DNA of 59,154 nucleotides, counting the filler. It is 6 parts of 6 records of this genome, joined end to end, with 100 filler letters (N's around TTAATTAATTAA, not from the genome) between each part and the next. Parts side by side here need not be neighbours in the genome. Positions count along the whole stretch, not along the records: positions 11,076 to 26,081 come from SRR31147125_35936; positions 26,182 to 31,451 come from SRR31147125_35961; 4 more parts are not named here. One strand, 5' to 3'. Below, piece by piece: positions 19,860-30,215 of the stretch (the first letter of the stretch is position 1; every line of letters starts with the position of its first letter). Both the position numbers and the translations under genes were made by a program. Under the pieces are notes generated by a model that was not told the DNA's origin, made no database searches, and saw only the letters and a program-made list of their open reading frames with translations.

Positions 19860-22016
19860 ATGAAACACACAACTAAAACTTTATTTATTATTCTAACCGT
19901 ATTTTTTACCTATCTTCTATCCCAAGGATGTTCAGAAAACTCCCCGACAAGTCCAGATCCAGAGGTAAAAGACACCCCTATTCTTGCATCTAAAATGATT
20001 GATAACTCTGGGGGAACAATTATTACAGATGATTTTGAAGTAATTATACCTGCTGGTGCCTTTAAAACGAGCCAGGAAATTAAAATTTTACGTTCTACTG
20101 AAGATAATTTATTCAGCTCAAATGCTATTTCTGATTTTATTGTTCTTGAAGGACTACCCACAGAATTTTTCGAACCTGTTAAAGTTAAAATAAAATATGA
20201 CGGGACTTTATCTGAGAGTTCGTTCGTTGCCATTGGCGAACATAATTTTGTAAATAGTCTTAATGGAGAAACGACTGCATATAATTTGATTTGTGCAAAT
20301 GATTCTTCTGGATATCTGGTAGCTACCCTTCCTGTCTTAATAAATAATGTATTATTTAAAGGGACAGTAAATAGTTCGACAAATAGCGACGAGTTGTCAA
20401 TTAATTTAGGTGCCATTGCAGGTTACGTAAGCTATAAAAGCCAGCAAGGACATTTTCTCATAAATACTCCAAGTTCGGTCATTACTCAAGTTTATGATTT
20501 AGCAGACTATTTAGAAACTGCTTATTCAAAATTTGAGAGTATTGGATTTAGTTACAGCAAAAGAACAAAGTGGCCAGTTCAAGTAACAATAAAACGCCTT
20601 GATACAGCCAAAAGTAGTGTTTATGGATATTCTATAAACTCCATGTGGGGTAATAACTACGGATACATGCAATTTAATTTTGATAAAATTGATGACTCTG
20701 AAAATATGAAAATAACTGCTGGTCATGAATTTTTTCATTTGGTTCAATCATTGTATGACCCGCGTTATGGGTATTCAAAAGCAAAGAGTCCTATGCCCAC
20801 TTATTGGCTTGATGAAGCTTCCTCGGTCTGGTCTGAATCATTTTTCAGCAGTACTTCTAATTATTTATCTCCAATTTTTTTTGATAATGTTTTCGATGTT
20901 TTCAAAGGAGCTAAAACAGGAAATGACAAAAGTACATCTGAACAATATGGATATGGAATGGCAAGCTTTGTTAAATATATAACAAAAAAATATGGAGATG
21001 GAAAGTTAGTTGACGTATATAATAATATTTCTAGTGGGAAATCACCATTCCGATCTTTGAGTGAAATTCTCCCAATCAATGCTGGATTTAGTTGGCACTC
21101 ATATCTTAAAAGTTTGCTTACTTTTGATCTCTATAGTGGTGATACCTTCCGACCAGGAGTTCTCTTATCTTATTCGATAGGTGAACATCAAAAATTTATA
21201 ATTAAAAGTGCAAGCGATAGTTTAGCAACCTACAAGTCCCAACTATCCGACTTGTCTGCAACAATATTTTCTGTTGATAATCAATTCAACGAGATGAGTA
21301 ATGGTTCAATTCTGGAATTTACATGTAAGGATTGGAATTTTCAGTTATACAAAGTAAATAGTAGTGCAAGCGAGTTTATAGAAAGTGGACAGGATATACT
21401 AACGGTTAACAATTTCAAACAATTAACTAAAGATGGCTACAAGATTGCAGCCGTTCTATATAATGATGATTACGATTCTCCATTTGATCACAGTAAAGAA
21501 TATGAAATGGAAATTAGGGTAAAAAGACCTCCCAAAAATATTATAGCTGTTAAATTTAATTTTGCCTATACAGGAACGTATAAAACTGCACAATCTACCT
21601 CATCATACTATGATACTTTTTGGAATAATGGATATGTGGCAAACACAACGAGTCAAATAAATGGTAATATTGTTACAGTATCGGAAGTTTATGATGATAT
21701 GTATCATCATCTCGTAAATACAACTGAAATAGAATTTGATGATATTGAAAACCCAACGAATATAGTTAGTATTAATACTGAAGAAACAGATTCTTATGGT
21801 GGTGGAGCAAAAGCCCGTTCTGCCAAGGCTAATAATATTCCACTTTTAAAAATATATGATAATGGGACAAAAAGATTTTTCATCGATGGAGATATTTCTC
21901 AACATTTAACAGATTTAACTTATCTTGAGACAGATAATAATAATGCTACAACAAAGGAATTATTAAATTATCAATCAGTAGGAAGTATTGAAATAATGAT
22001 CTATTATGAAGATTGA
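19860..22016 (+). CDS. putative lipoprotein with ZU5-like N-domain and HEXXH zinc-metallopeptidase domain
   Basis: Lipobox-like SQGC; IDNSGGTI..VIIPAGAF; TAGHEFFHLVQ...YWLDEASSVW; GGAGGAG SD; visibly AT-richer than the flanking genes. Confidence 0.75.
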   Translation: MKHTTKTLFIILTVFFTYLLSQGCSENSPTSPDPEVKDTPILASKMIDNSGGTIITDDFEVIIPAGAFKTSQEIKILRSTEDNLFSSNAISDFIVLEGLPTEFFEPVKVKIKYDGTLSESSFVAIGEHNFVNSLNGETTAYNLICANDSSGYLVATLPVLINNVLFKGTVNSSTNSDELSINLGAIAGYVSYKSQQGHFLINTPSSVITQVYDLADYLETAYSKFESIGFSYSKRTKWPVQVTIKRLDTAKSSVYGYSINSMWGNNYGYMQFNFDKIDDSENMKITAGHEFFHLVQSLYDPRYGYSKAKSPMPTYWLDEASSVWSESFFSSTSNYLSPIFFDNVFDVFKGAKTGNDKSTSEQYGYGMASFVKYITKKYGDGKLVDVYNNISSGKSPFRSLSEILPINAGFSWHSYLKSLLTFDLYSGDTFRPGVLLSYSIGEHQKFIIKSASDSLATYKSQLSDLSATIFSVDNQFNEMSNGSILEFTCKDWNFQLYKVNSSASEFIESGQDILTVNNFKQLTKDGYKIAAVLYNDDYDSPFDHSKEYEMEIRVKRPPKNIIAVKFNFAYTGTYKTAQSTSSYYDTFWNNGYVANTTSQINGNIVTVSEVYDDMYHHLVNTTEIEFDDIENPTNIVSINTEETDSYGGGAKARSAKANNIPLLKIYDNGTKRFFIDGDISQHLTDLTYLETDNNNATTKELLNYQSVGSIEIMIYYED

Positions 22017-22022
22017 TATCAA

Positions 22023-22108
22023 TGCTGGGGAGTAAGGAGTCGTCCCGGCGTTATGCGGGGATTGCCCGACGAATAATAAAAAAGGTCAACTATTATGGTT
22101 GACCTTTT
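22023..22108 (+). repeat. degenerate tRNA-Pro 3'-half plus terminator, copy 2
   Basis: TGCTGGGGAGTAAGGAGTCGTCCCGGCGTTATGCGGGGATTGCCCGACGAA, then AAAAGGTCAACTA/TGGTTGACCTTTT. Confidence 0.7.
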
Positions 22109-22148
22109 GTCGTTTATATAAGAGTGAATACTCCCTAATTTGGATAAA

Positions 22149-22227
22149 TGGGGGCAAGTGGTCATCCCGGCACCATGCCGGGATCGCCTCGACGAAAAAA
22201 TGCAAGGTTCAACAAAGTTGGATTTTT
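22149..22227 (+). repeat. degenerate tRNA-Pro 3'-half plus terminator, copy 3
   Basis: TGGGGGCAAGTGGTCATCCCGGCACCATGCCGGGATCGCCTCGACGAA, then AAGGTTCAAC/GTTGGATTTT. Confidence 0.65.
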
Positions 22228-22298
22228 ATCATTAAAGGTGAAAAGATCTCCGCCCCTGGTTGATCAGTCGCTACCCAATGTTTATTGTCTGTAAAGGC

Positions 22299-23942
22299 TT
22301 ATTTTAAAAATAAGCCTTTCTTAACTTTTACATAACTTTCTACTTCGATTCGGTAAAAGTACAAACCTGTTGATACTTTTATCCCATAATTATCCAGGCC
22401 ATCCCAGGTCGATGTATAAGTGCCAGGCGAGAATGATTTTTCTACTAGAGTATTAATTTCTTGTCCAAGCATGTTGTAGACTTTTAGAACAACTTTGCTG
22501 GTTTTGGGTACTTGAAATTTTATAATAGTTGTGGGATTAAAAGGGTTTGGGTAATTCTGAAACAATGCTATTTCTTCAGGTATTCTTTGTTTAGCATTTG
22601 TTACACTTGTTGAATTCTCTACTTCAATTGCGCCAAGTTCGGGCGCTTTACCTGAATATCCGAATCCAATATCAACGCCGGCATCGATTATGGCACTTCC
22701 CGGTAATGGACGCATGAAATCAATGTCTGGCAAACTGCCGTCTGGTTTGCGCGGTGCTGTCAACAAGTTTATATCGAGACTTACAAAGTCTGTATCGGTT
22801 AATGTAAGGGATAAATCAAAAGAATTTTTCGCCAGTGTATTTTGAGCAGGATCAATAAATGCGGTTTCCGAGCCGCGGGCATTGTAACTCAGGTTGTTTT
22901 TGAGCACGTGATCATAGCCATTCACATTAATGTTGCTCGATTGCGGGCTTTCGCGATTAACCATATTAAAATTTGTGGAATTTTGATAGGCCGAGTTATT
23001 ATACCAGTCGTTGCCAGCCAAATGGTGATTCGAATAAAAGCCATTGGCTTTATTTCGTGCCGCAATACAAAAACGGATGGTATTTCGAGGTACCGGATCT
23101 GGAATTTTACTCGCTTCATCATAAGCATAACCACCCGCTTTGAAACCGGTACCATCCCCCAGGCTGGTAAATGAAGTTGAATAACCATTGTAGAACGCCC
23201 AGCAATTTTCAAAAACAACGCCGGCACCCGAGCGGATTATATCAAAGCCATCATCACTGTTGAACCAGGCACGACATCCTCTGAATACATTACCGGTGCC
23301 GCTCGTCTTCGGGTGGCAACCGAAACCATCCGTATTACTTCCCAGTTTATTTTCAGATACATTATCATGATTGCGATAGGCGTCACAGTTTAAGAACAAG
23401 TTGTTGCCGCCATTTCTGTGCCGCAAGGCCGTGCCTTTGTTGTCATGCATGCTGATTTGTTCAAATATGTTGTTATTTCCCCAGCTATAGACACAATACG
23501 ATTCCGTGTGCGACGTTATGGTCACCTGCACACTTGTCATCTCGAGACCTTTTATGTGAATATAGCTCCCGGACACCCAAATGCCCACAACTCTTTGATT
23601 CGCTGGTTTGACATCGGAAAAGTCAAAAACAGGTGTTTCACCTGGATATGCCCAATATTTTATGGTCTGCCCTGGTAAACCGCTTTTGTTGAGGAAACTG
23701 ATACAAGCGAACAGGTTCTGTTCAATGCGAGATATCTGGTCCGGGCGTATTTTATATGTTCCGCCACGAATGTATACAGTGTCACCCGCGCTGGCTAGTG
23801 TTTGAGCTTTTTGAATGGACTCAAACGGCAGTTCCATTGTACCTGGATTTACATCACTGCCATTGGGAGCTACAAAAATTTGAGAAAAAACAGAGGTAGC
23901 TACAACTGTGATGATAAATAAGATGAAAGCGGTTATTTTCAT
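22299..23942 (-). CDS. PL9-like polysaccharide lyase (right-handed beta-helix) with T9SS/FlgD-like C-terminal domain
   Basis: AGDTVYIRGGTY, NTDGFGCH, CRAWFNSDDGFD, GDGTGFKAGG; QNYPNPFNPTT...TGLYFYRI tail. Confidence 0.85.
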   Translation of the reverse strand: MKITAFILFIITVVATSVFSQIFVAPNGSDVNPGTMELPFESIQKAQTLASAGDTVYIRGGTYKIRPDQISRIEQNLFACISFLNKSGLPGQTIKYWAYPGETPVFDFSDVKPANQRVVGIWVSGSYIHIKGLEMTSVQVTITSHTESYCVYSWGNNNIFEQISMHDNKGTALRHRNGGNNLFLNCDAYRNHDNVSENKLGSNTDGFGCHPKTSGTGNVFRGCRAWFNSDDGFDIIRSGAGVVFENCWAFYNGYSTSFTSLGDGTGFKAGGYAYDEASKIPDPVPRNTIRFCIAARNKANGFYSNHHLAGNDWYNNSAYQNSTNFNMVNRESPQSSNINVNGYDHVLKNNLSYNARGSETAFIDPAQNTLAKNSFDLSLTLTDTDFVSLDINLLTAPRKPDGSLPDIDFMRPLPGSAIIDAGVDIGFGYSGKAPELGAIEVENSTSVTNAKQRIPEEIALFQNYPNPFNPTTIIKFQVPKTSKVVLKVYNMLGQEINTLVEKSFSPGTYTSTWDGLDNYGIKVSTGLYFYRIEVESYVKVKKGLFLK

Positions 23943-24264
23943 TATTTCTCCATTCTAATCAGAGTGTGCTTCTTTATGAATTTAATTATTTGCCTGACAT
24001 GATATTGCAAGTCTGATAATCTTCTATAGAATGCAAAACCATCTCGTCTCACATAAACCAACAATATCTTGAAAACAACATAAATACAAAATTTTAATCC
24101 ACAAGAACCGTGAATTCAAATTTTACGGATATGACCTGGATATTATGGCTTTACACATTCCAATTTATTACAAATCTATCAATAACTAAATTTTGTCACA
24201 AAGCTGATTATAGTACATAAATAATTATCAACAAAATACTTTCAGTCAAAAATCTCACCGGATT

Positions 24265-25266
24265 CTACCCGATGTTTGCTAAAGTTGGTGCTTTATAAAT
24301 TAAACGTTTTATTTTTCCATCCGGAGCAAAGGTGATTTCATCAAAACAGACTGAACGCCTTTTCGCATTCTTCGAAAGACTGTTGTTATGGTAAAATATA
24401 TACCACTTGTTTTTAAATTCGACGATTGAACAATGGCTTGTCCCCGCTCCAACCGGAGACATCACTTCTCCGACAAACTCAAATGGACCCATTGGGTCTG
24501 TTCCCATGGCATAAACAATAGTGCTTTGCGGTCTCCAGCCGTTTGAATAAACAAAGTAATAGATTCCGTTTCTTTTAAAAACCCAGGGAGCTTCCCCATA
24601 GTAACCATCTTTGTGTTCCTTATGACCCTCGATGCCATTGATGATTACCGGTTGAATACTACCAGCTAATTCAGTCATATTCTCTTTTAATTTTACAACT
24701 CTGGCATCACGGCATCCGAAATACATATAGGCCTGCCCGTCATCATCGATAAGGACGGCCGGATCAATCGGCTCTCTACCTACTACAGTTTCGTTTTTTG
24801 CGTTATCGATTAATGGTTTACCCAATGCATCCTTAAACGGACCGACCGGAGTGTCGCTTATAGCAACACCGATCTTTGTTTGTTCAACTGGAAAGTAAAA
24901 ATAATATGTGCCGTTCCTTTCGACACAATCAGGCGCCCAGGCTTGCTTGTTTGCCCATGAAATATCATCAAGACTAAAAATAGCTCCGTGATCCACCCAG
25001 TCAATCAGATTACTTGTCGAGAACACAAGCCAGTCAAACATAATAAAATGTTGGTCAGCATCGGCATTTTTTTCGTCATGGGATGTATAGATATACAGTC
25101 TGTTATCAAATACTCTAACCGAGGGATCAGCGGTAAAAATATGACGAATCAATGGATTCCCCTCGAATGAAAATGTAAAATTTTTACTTGCATGAGAATT
25201 GCATGACATCAACACGCATGCAATAATCGCAATTAATGCTTTGCTTGTTGTTTCAAGTGTTCTCAT
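24265..25266 (-). CDS. GH43 glycoside hydrolase, probable lipoprotein
   Basis: FTADPS, AWAPD, IDPAVLIDDDG, EAPW, TSHCSIVEF; LMSC lipobox-like. Confidence 0.92.
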   Translation of the reverse strand: MRTLETTSKALIAIIACVLMSCNSHASKNFTFSFEGNPLIRHIFTADPSVRVFDNRLYIYTSHDEKNADADQHFIMFDWLVFSTSNLIDWVDHGAIFSLDDISWANKQAWAPDCVERNGTYYFYFPVEQTKIGVAISDTPVGPFKDALGKPLIDNAKNETVVGREPIDPAVLIDDDGQAYMYFGCRDARVVKLKENMTELAGSIQPVIINGIEGHKEHKDGYYGEAPWVFKRNGIYYFVYSNGWRPQSTIVYAMGTDPMGPFEFVGEVMSPVGAGTSHCSIVEFKNKWYIFYHNNSLSKNAKRRSVCFDEITFAPDGKIKRLIYKAPTLANIG

Positions 25267-26081
25267 ATTTTCTCCAATTTTTTGTATCCGCAGAACTTTT
25301 TAGAAAGTAGATTGTAAGAAAGGCTCCATTTTTTTAATTATTTAACAGGTTAATTAAAATTATGGAAAAACCCATCATGATGAATGTAAACAAACTTTAA
25401 TATTCAGGCAAGTTTTTTGATGGTATTAAAAAAATGAACCTATACGACCATATTTAACGATTCATTTTGGGATAGTTTCCTTATTTATGTTGCGCCGTAA
25501 TATCGCTTAAAGACAAACAAAGAGTAAAAGTTAAATTTCCCAAAAAATTTATCTGTGTTTTAACAAAGTGCTCATATTGTAATATAGATGAAATATTGGG
25601 ATGTCAAAAACAGTTAAATAGTCACGGATGAAATTTCAGTAATTACCTTTGGCAATATAAACTTTAGCGGTTTCTTCAATATACTACTTATATCAGTTAA
25701 TGAACCTACCCGAGATTGATAAAAAAGCTGCCAGGTCACTCGTCCCCCGTGTAGAAAATCCAAAACGATAAATAATATTCAATTATTGGATACGAACCTT
25801 ATCAAAAAGAAATGGTGCCGAAAAATAAAGTAACTAATTAATTTGATCGAAATATCATTTGCACAAGGAAAATATATTTGTTAAAATGTAGTTTTGGTTT
25901 TGAAGGATTATCTGTAAATAACTGTAAAAATATAATTTAAGGCAGCTTGGTTTGGATGTTTGAACTAGAATATTCTTGTATATGATTTAATATTGTATGT
26001 TCAATAAATATTTAAAAAGCAAAGATAATTGAAATTTCCAACTGGTTATACACCATGAAAAAGATAACCCGAGAAGAATTT

Positions 26082-26181
26082 NNNNNNNNNNNNNNNNNNN
26101 NNNNNNNNNNNNNNNNNNNNNNNNNTTAATTAATTAANNNNNNNNNNNNNNNNNNNNNNNNNNNNNNNNNNNNNNNNNNNN
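26082..26181. other. artificial contig linker
   Basis: N44-TTAATTAATTAA-N44. Confidence 0.99.
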
Positions 26182-26321
26182 AGCCCAGCTAGTTCTTAAA
26201 AATCAAAGAACTAGCAGTGGATTTTTTAAAGTTAAAAAGATTCATTTTAACTTTGATCTAAAAAATCACCAACCTCAATTTATTAATATTAGATACTTTT
26301 CGGTCACCCTGTAGTAGCAAA

Positions 26322-27515
26322 TTGCAGGAGGAGATGAGGAATGGAAAAGAAAAATGGATGTTTATCCCGTTGGGGATACTAATTTTTATGACGTTAGGGA
26401 CAATCTATTCATGGAGTGTGTTTAGAAACCCTGTAGAGGCAAGCCTTGGACTTAGTTCAACACAATCAGGAATGCCATACACATTCTTTTTAGTATTTTA
26501 TGCTTTAAGTATGCCGGTAGCAGGTAGTTTCCTTGATAAGATAGGGCCTAGATTTTCTATCATGATAGGTGGAGCACTTGTTGGATTAGGTTGGTTTCTG
26601 TCAGGTTTTGCAACTGGAATTGGGTATTTAACAGTTACATACGGGGTAATCGCAGGAGCTGGAGTAGGTATAGTTTACGGAGCACCAATGGCTGTAGCTG
26701 CAAAGTGGTTCCCAGAACATAAAGGTTTTGCGGTGGGAGCAACACTAGCTGGATTTGGTTTATCACCATTTGTAACAGCACCTTTAGCATCAATGTTAAT
26801 TCAAAAATTTGGGGTATTCCCAACATTTAAAATATTAGGAATAGCATTTTTAGTAGTAAATACAATTTTAGCACTGCCTTTTACTTTTCCAAAAGAGGAA
26901 GTTGAACAAGAGAATAGTGATTCAAATCATAAAAACTACAGTTTACAAGAGATGCTAAAAGATAAAAGATTCTATGCATTATTTTCGGCCTATGTAATCG
27001 GAGCATTTGTAGGCTTGATGATAATAGGTATTAGTAGCCCATTTGCACAGGAGATATTAAGTGTAAGTAGTACTAAAGCAGCGGTATTTGTATCGATGTT
27101 TGCAATATTGAACGGAGTAGGGAGACCATTATTCGGAATACTAGTAGATAAGTTTGGAGTTAAAATTAGCGCTAGTATCTCATACATATTAATAGTTCTG
27201 GCAAGTGTGATGGCTCTATTATCTAAAAATGGAAATGTTGCCCTTTATTTAATAGCTTTTGCAATATTCTGGCTTAACTTAGGTGGTTGGTTATCAATTG
27301 CGCCAGCAGCAACTAGTAGATTGTTTGGTGCTAAGAACTACTCGCAAAACTACGGTGTGATGTTCCTGGCTTATGGTATCGGTGCGATACTTGCAGGGGC
27401 AGTATCTGGTGGAATTAAAGATGCTTATGGATCGTATCTATATGTATTTTATCCAGTTCTAATGTTGGTTGGAATAGGATTAGTAGTGGTAAATTTAGCT
27501 TTGAAAGAGGAGTAA
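26322..27515 (+). CDS. OFA family (oxalate/formate antiporter-like) MFS transporter; true start about 26334-26341
   Basis: GTIYSWSVF, KWFPEHKGFAVG, NGVGRPLFG, FGAKNYSQNYG. Confidence 0.9.
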   Translation: MQEEMRNGKEKWMFIPLGILIFMTLGTIYSWSVFRNPVEASLGLSSTQSGMPYTFFLVFYALSMPVAGSFLDKIGPRFSIMIGGALVGLGWFLSGFATGIGYLTVTYGVIAGAGVGIVYGAPMAVAAKWFPEHKGFAVGATLAGFGLSPFVTAPLASMLIQKFGVFPTFKILGIAFLVVNTILALPFTFPKEEVEQENSDSNHKNYSLQEMLKDKRFYALFSAYVIGAFVGLMIIGISSPFAQEILSVSSTKAAVFVSMFAILNGVGRPLFGILVDKFGVKISASISYILIVLASVMALLSKNGNVALYLIAFAIFWLNLGGWLSIAPAATSRLFGAKNYSQNYGVMFLAYGIGAILAGAVSGGIKDAYGSYLYVFYPVLMLVGIGLVVVNLALKEE

Positions 27516-27554
27516 TAAGAGTTTTTTAAAATATATTAATATTAAGTTTAAAAT

Positions 27555-27589
27555 AAAACAACTCAGAGCACTGTGCTCTGAGTTGTTTT
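27555..27589. terminator. bidirectional rho-independent terminator
   Basis: Perfect 16-bp IR AAAACAACTCAGAGCA-CTG-TGCTCTGAGTTGTTTT between convergent genes. Confidence 0.85.
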
Positions 27590-27599
27590 GATCTATACT

Positions 27600-28868
27600 T
27601 TAGCTAAAGTCATATATTTCATTAAGTTTCTTTGAAACAGAACTATGTAAATTTGCTTTTAGAGAATAGAAACTTTCAAGTTTATTTTCTATTATTTCAA
27701 ATAAAGAACTACTTATTTTTGGCTTCAGTTCAGTTTGTATAATATCTCTTACCGTTTCTATTGGGAATCCTTTTCTATATGCTTTCTCTTCACAAAGTGC
27801 AGCAATGATATTAGCGCTGAACATAATTTGAAGTTCAATAGCGTTATTTTCTGTTCCATCTACATTGGATAGCTCGTTATGTTCATTAATCCAAGCACTG
27901 ATTCTATCAAAACCTTTTATTGAATTAATAATCTTTCTAGTATAATATTCTGTTAATTTAATCTTTTCATATTCTGACTCAGTTAGTTTTGCATTTTTTT
28001 CTAGTAATTCAATTGGAACAATTATTTTACCAATATCATGCATATAACCAGCTAATTTAATCTCACTACATTTGCTCTCAAATACCCCAAATGATCTGGC
28101 TAGCAGATAAGCAATAGAGGCAACAGAGCTAGAGTGAGAAACTGTATACTTTGACCGGAAATCGATTATTTTACTATATATGTGGGTAAATTCCTCTAAA
28201 GTATCATGGTTCGCATCCTCTATTATATCATTCATATCAATCCATTTAAATATCTCCTTCAGAGTAAGTGAATCTAAATCATACCAAAATTCGATATCGC
28301 TCTCCAAGCTTCTAAGGAAACTGAAGAAACTATCTGGATAATAATGATTTCTATCATTAATAAATTTTACGAATTTATCTTTTTGTTTAATAGCAATCTC
28401 TTTTGAGTCAAATATAAATTCAACTTGATTTGCAAATGATATTAACAGCGACTCCATAGGAATCACGTTTTTCTTTGACTCGTAAACTCTATTATCAATA
28501 TGATGAAACTGAATGATTTTAGCAACTTTTTGTAGAGATTTAGATTCCAACATTTTTGCTCCTAAATCAGCATGTTGATTATCATTTGTTATAGCTGCAT
28601 CAACAAAGGTATGTCTATCATCAGGTCCGAGATATCCTATATCGTGAAGTAGTGCACTTAAAATTAGAACACTCATTTTTTGTTTAGAAAAATGATACCT
28701 TTTAGCCATATAGTATGAAATGATAGCAACTCTTTTTTGATGTTCAGCTACTGTTGGATAGATATTTTCATTTAGCGAAAGCATAGAAAATATAAGTTCC
28801 TCAATAGTTTTGATATTCATCATTTCAAGTTTTAAGTTAACATCTTTTGCATATTCAAAATCCATCAT
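27600..28868 (-). CDS. tandem HD/HD-GYP domain protein, degenerate
   Basis: ALLHDIG and YMHDIGK, DFRSKYTVSHS; GYP loop absent. Confidence 0.8.
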   Translation of the reverse strand: MMDFEYAKDVNLKLEMMNIKTIEELIFSMLSLNENIYPTVAEHQKRVAIISYYMAKRYHFSKQKMSVLILSALLHDIGYLGPDDRHTFVDAAITNDNQHADLGAKMLESKSLQKVAKIIQFHHIDNRVYESKKNVIPMESLLISFANQVEFIFDSKEIAIKQKDKFVKFINDRNHYYPDSFFSFLRSLESDIEFWYDLDSLTLKEIFKWIDMNDIIEDANHDTLEEFTHIYSKIIDFRSKYTVSHSSSVASIAYLLARSFGVFESKCSEIKLAGYMHDIGKIIVPIELLEKNAKLTESEYEKIKLTEYYTRKIINSIKGFDRISAWINEHNELSNVDGTENNAIELQIMFSANIIAALCEEKAYRKGFPIETVRDIIQTELKPKISSSLFEIIENKLESFYSLKANLHSSVSKKLNEIYDFS

Positions 28869-29146
28869 AATAGAATCCTCCCAAATCCCAAATTTAACCT
28901 AACATTACAATTATATTGTTTCTTATATGAAAAGTAAAGTTTTATCTTTAAAACATCAATTTTAACAAAGTGTTAACATTGTATTATTTAGTAGAAATCG
29001 TTTAACGTATAAATATGTGCGGTTTAATGTTCATGATTTTGTTTATATTATTTAGTTTTCAAAAAAAATAAGCAAAAAAACATAATTATTAGTATAAACT
29101 AGGAAAGTAACAAATTACTTATGGAAATTGAAATGAGATACAGTAT

Positions 29147-30088
29147 TTATTTGATTTTATCAATAAGAACTCCAACTTTTTCATTATGAATAACCCAGCT
29201 GAACCACATTTCGAAATAACCTGGAATGGCCTGTTTATCAATACTAACTTGGATCTCCCCATCAATGTTACGAATTATGATACTTTTTTCTTTATATTTA
29301 TACGTATAAGTGTTTGATTCAAAATTATCAATTGGAAAAGTAAATGATTTTTTATCATATCTAAAAACATACATCAACTCTTTTGGATGATATCTAGCAT
29401 TATATTTTGAAGTGGGAAAATAAAGCTGTTTGTTCTCTTCGTAATTTCCATAGGGATAAAAGTTATAATTTCTAATATGTCCTGTATCTTTACTTAAAAC
29501 AAGTGCATTAGGGTAGTTGTCTTTTAGAGTTTTGAATTCAATAACATTCATATTTAATATCTCTAACTTTTTCCCTAGATAATCTCCAACAACAGCTTCA
29601 CCTTTTGCCTGTGACCAGAAACTCTCAGTTACATTGTCGTACATTAGTAGGTTTGATTCATAGAGCAGACCACTAACACCAAATGAGTGAACTTGATCAT
29701 TGAACTCACGGTTAAATGTGATTGCTGAACCACAAAGTGGACAGAAAGTAACTGTAAAATGATTATCTCCAATACTGTCATTCACTATTTCGTGCCATAC
29801 AAGGATGTTATATGGGTAAAATTTAACAGTATTATCAATTTTGATTAAAACTCCCAAAGTATCATTTGGAAATCTTGCGTGATTTACTTTGCTAAACTTA
29901 GGATTATTTATAGCTGGAATCCCATCTTTACCTGGGCCTCCATTGAAAACTTGCTTTAAGCTTATACTAGCTTTTGAGAAATCAGTTCTAAATTCTCTAG
30001 TTAGTGTTGAATTAAGTTCTATTGAGACAGCTTCTAATTGAAACAATAGAAACATCAAAATTATTAATACGTTTTTCAATTCTCTCAA
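29147..30088 (-). CDS. DUF3179 domain protein
   Basis: GGPGKDGIPAI, ILVWHEIVND, TFCPLCGS, FGVSGLLYESNLLMYD. Confidence 0.9.
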   Translation of the reverse strand: MRELKNVLIILMFLLFQLEAVSIELNSTLTREFRTDFSKASISLKQVFNGGPGKDGIPAINNPKFSKVNHARFPNDTLGVLIKIDNTVKFYPYNILVWHEIVNDSIGDNHFTVTFCPLCGSAITFNREFNDQVHSFGVSGLLYESNLLMYDNVTESFWSQAKGEAVVGDYLGKKLEILNMNVIEFKTLKDNYPNALVLSKDTGHIRNYNFYPYGNYEENKQLYFPTSKYNARYHPKELMYVFRYDKKSFTFPIDNFESNTYTYKYKEKSIIIRNIDGEIQVSIDKQAIPGYFEMWFSWVIHNEKVGVLIDKIK

Positions 30089-30215
30089 CTCCTAATTTTA
30101 AGGTCTTACTTATATATTATGAGATTTGAGAAATAAAAACATTATGTATTTTTTAAGCTTAAGTTGAAGTATCCCAGCTTTACCCTAAAAAACACTCTAA
30201 TAATTTAAGTTTTGT

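Noticed and set aside
19356-22227. CRISPR array or integron attC array
   Set aside because: Only three diverged copies with very unequal spacing, no cas or intI gene, and no clear RYYYAAC/GTTRRRY ends enclosing the unit. The tRNA-Pro resemblance fits better.
26055-26081. Gene start MKKITREEF at the contig end
   Set aside because: Only nine codons are visible, so it cannot be called.
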